Below, in pieces: positions 61,411 through 64,000 of a DNA stretch of 64,000 nucleotides (positions are counted from its first letter, which is position 1; the number at the start of each line of letters is the position of its first letter). The stretch lies in NCBI RefSeq assembly GCF_963853765.1, contig NC_088858.1:29636001-29700000 (forward strand), read 5' to 3'. A program made the translations under genes and the position numbers. Origin of the DNA: Magallana gigas. Taxonomy: Eukaryota. The notes beneath the pieces were generated by a model, which saw nothing but the letters and a program-made list of their open reading frames with translations, ran no database searches and was not told the DNA's origin.

Positions 61411-64000
61411 CAAGTCTATTAGTTAATATGTTTTTAATCAGAAGTTAATGATTTCTTTTTTTCCCACATTTTGAATTGGTTCACCAATGATTCGGCAGTA
61501 TATGATGTCGGTTAAAAGGTAAATGAATAAATTGATTAAAGGATTTTATGAATAGGGTTTTTTGTCACAGATATGAAATGTGTTTTAAAGGTCAATTTTA
61601 ATATTAAGTGCACAAGTATGTAGGTTATTTAGAAGAATTGGAGTCATTTGTTCATTTAGAGAAAGCTTCGTCAAAGTGCTATTGTGTAAATGCCAGAGGT
61701 CAGAGATCTATGAACAATTATTTCTAGTCAATGTACTTACCACCTTTTAGGTGCATGTAACATACAGTTTTTTGTGTCAAGTATAGAAATGAAGTATCAC
61801 CAAATTCAGGACACGACTTTATAACAGAACTCAAACTGAATTGGCATCGATTGTAAAGGTATTATGGGTTCTTCTAAAGAATAATTTGCTTTAAGTCGAG
61901 TGTCAATTTTTGTCAAATTTTATCAAGACCGTAATGACACGAGGACACGTTTAATGTGTACCATATTCCAGGAAAATTATAAAACTCAACTTATTAGAGT
62001 CATGCCAATAGGGCCAATAAGCCAAAAACCATTACAATATACTTCCGGTTGCTTTTCTTAGTCATTTCCACTTTGCTTTCCCTCTAGTAAAACATACTCT
62101 GGCCTAAAATTCATCATGGAAAATGTCATCATGTATACAAGAAATTTCGAGGTTAGGTATTTGATAATTACAGTACCGTACGAAGAAATATAATCTGGTC
62201 CGAGCCTTCAAATCTAATAGAGATAAAAACTGTCGTGTAATGGGTGGATCTTGTCATTTTTACACTGTTTTCTTATCAGTGTATCTTGAGCCATTCGAAT
62301 CAACGAAATTTTCTCATTTTAAATGAAAACAATTTGTCAAAATGTTATCAAAATTTGACACCACAAGAAATAAATATCCGCCCTCTAGTGAAATTTTCCC
62401 ACTATTCTGTTGACAAAAATGTTAAGAAATAAACTAAATTTGGTTCTACTTATTCATCGGGAGGCAGGGTTTGGTATAATTCATTTCCCGGACATTCGCT
62501 CAGATTATCCAAGGTCACAACTAACGATGCACCCCGGCCTATCTGTTTTACATCTAAACAGAAGCATACAGAAGTAATAAAAAGCAGTGAGCGCCTGACT
62601 ATTGGGGCTCTAAGAGGAGGGTGCGTAATATCCAGACATCACACCGGCAGATAAACAGACCTAAAGCGCTAATTTGAAAGCAGAACGCTGTCCGCTCTTC
62701 TTATTAATGAGGCTTTTATCTGCTGATGACGAAGGGCCTAATCTACCTCGCCGTCTGTCAATGACTTTTTATTGAGTTTGTTTAAAAACTTTCTGCTATT
62801 TTACAACACAAGTTCAATGTCTATTTGTCCCTCACCTTACAGCTTAGGTATGTTTGGGGCATAAAAATGATTCTTTCACGATTCTTGAGTTCCCAACATT
62901 CAATAGAGATCTGAAGGGATAATGAAGGGATAATTATGTAACTAAATGTATAAATGAATAAATAAATGCAAATATAAATATTTAATTCTTTTCGTATATA
63001 AGGGGCATTCCTGTCGTGTTCTCTTGATGTCATACTTCAAACATTTTTTTTAATTAATTCTCTTAATTCAATAGCAGAAAAAAATCTTTTATCTGATCTC
63101 TAAAAAATATTGAAAACCTCTTTTTCAGGAATTTTAATTGAAAGTTTAAAATTTGTACTGGCCACCCACCTTACTAAGGCTTTTTGTCATATTATCTCAA
63201 AGATGAATATAAATTAAGATCTGTTTGTCCCAGCCCAGTCCACACTGGACGGATAGACAAACAGTGGCCCTCTCAATTTGTCAAGCTAAGTCCCGGGTAT
63301 CGACAGATACCACTCAAGGGGGAATTAGGACTTGAAGGGTAAATACTATCGTAAAAACGGGAAAAAATTGATAACATTGTCACTCCAAAAAGTGCCATGC
63401 ACTTTCAGTTCTCTATTCAAGGAATCTCATTCAGACTTCAGAACTAAGTGTGCGTTCTGATAGAATTATCGATAGACTTTTTACTTGTAGCTATATATAC
63501 GCCAATGCAAAATTGTGCCACTAGGACATTACTTTAGAATTTAATTTCGGTGAGTTATAGATATGATGAAGAACACATGAACCCATACAGTGTATAGTAT
63601 TTTTATGAATTTGAGGGAGTGAAGGCGGTGTTAAGTTTCAATCCGATATTCCATGAAAACCCAAATGAGATTTATATTCCCGTTTATCAAGCCCAGTCAC
63701 TCCAATTCCGACCAGCCATTTCTTATCAGTTGTCTAGCTCTATTCCCCATAGCGAGGAAAAGCGGATAATTTGGATCTGAACAATTAATAATGGACATTC
63801 AAAAAATAAAATCGGTAAACTATGATCTATGCCCCAAAATGGTGACTTACTCTTTGGGTTTAGCAAAAGGTGTCCAGAAAATATCGCTTTTTATCCATAT
63901 TCACGAGCGGTCGTATTGAATCATAAGAACTTATAATGCCCCTGTGCCAAAGTATTCACCGACGTCTGAATGAAAAGTTTGATTGAATTGCAACACTATC

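Noticed and set aside
1827-63033. Remaining short ORFs of the supplied six-frame track
   Set aside because: 60-140 aa, low-complexity or antisense/out-of-frame overlaps of real exons, TEs and repeats, with no recognisable domains. No CRISPR array, rRNA or prokaryotic operon structure was seen.

Overview
AT-rich, intron-containing animal genomic DNA, most likely an oyster (Crassostrea/Magallana). That assignment is an inference from a Cg170-like ~166-180 bp satellite inside a Helitron-type element. Three host genes can be reconstructed by hand from splice sites. Two are tandem, same-strand, 12-exon monofunctional peptidylglycine alpha-hydroxylating monooxygenase (PHM) genes: 6277-10123 (397 aa) and 12968-16305 (342 aa). 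The third is a convergently transcribed two-Ig-domain, GPI-signal Dpr/ZIG-8-like cell-surface gene, with core exons at 32608-39730 on the minus strand and candidate 5' exons out to ~61.4 kb. The rest of the window is a 5'-truncated CR1/L2-group LINE with an uninterrupted RT ORF, many MITEs and palindromic elements, Helitron-N pieces, and mini/microsatellites. Most striking observations: (1) a 41/42-bp tandem duplication of the terminal-exon 3' splice site of the Ig gene, which could switch it between a GPI-anchored and a secreted form; (2) the second PHM keeps all copper ligands but lacks the conserved Tyr79-equivalent; (3) sequence-unrelated palindromic elements share the same GA/GA + triloop mini-hairpin apex. 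Almost all other entries in the supplied ORF track are spurious. No database searches or computations were run; family assignments and rat PHM residue numbering come from recalled motifs.
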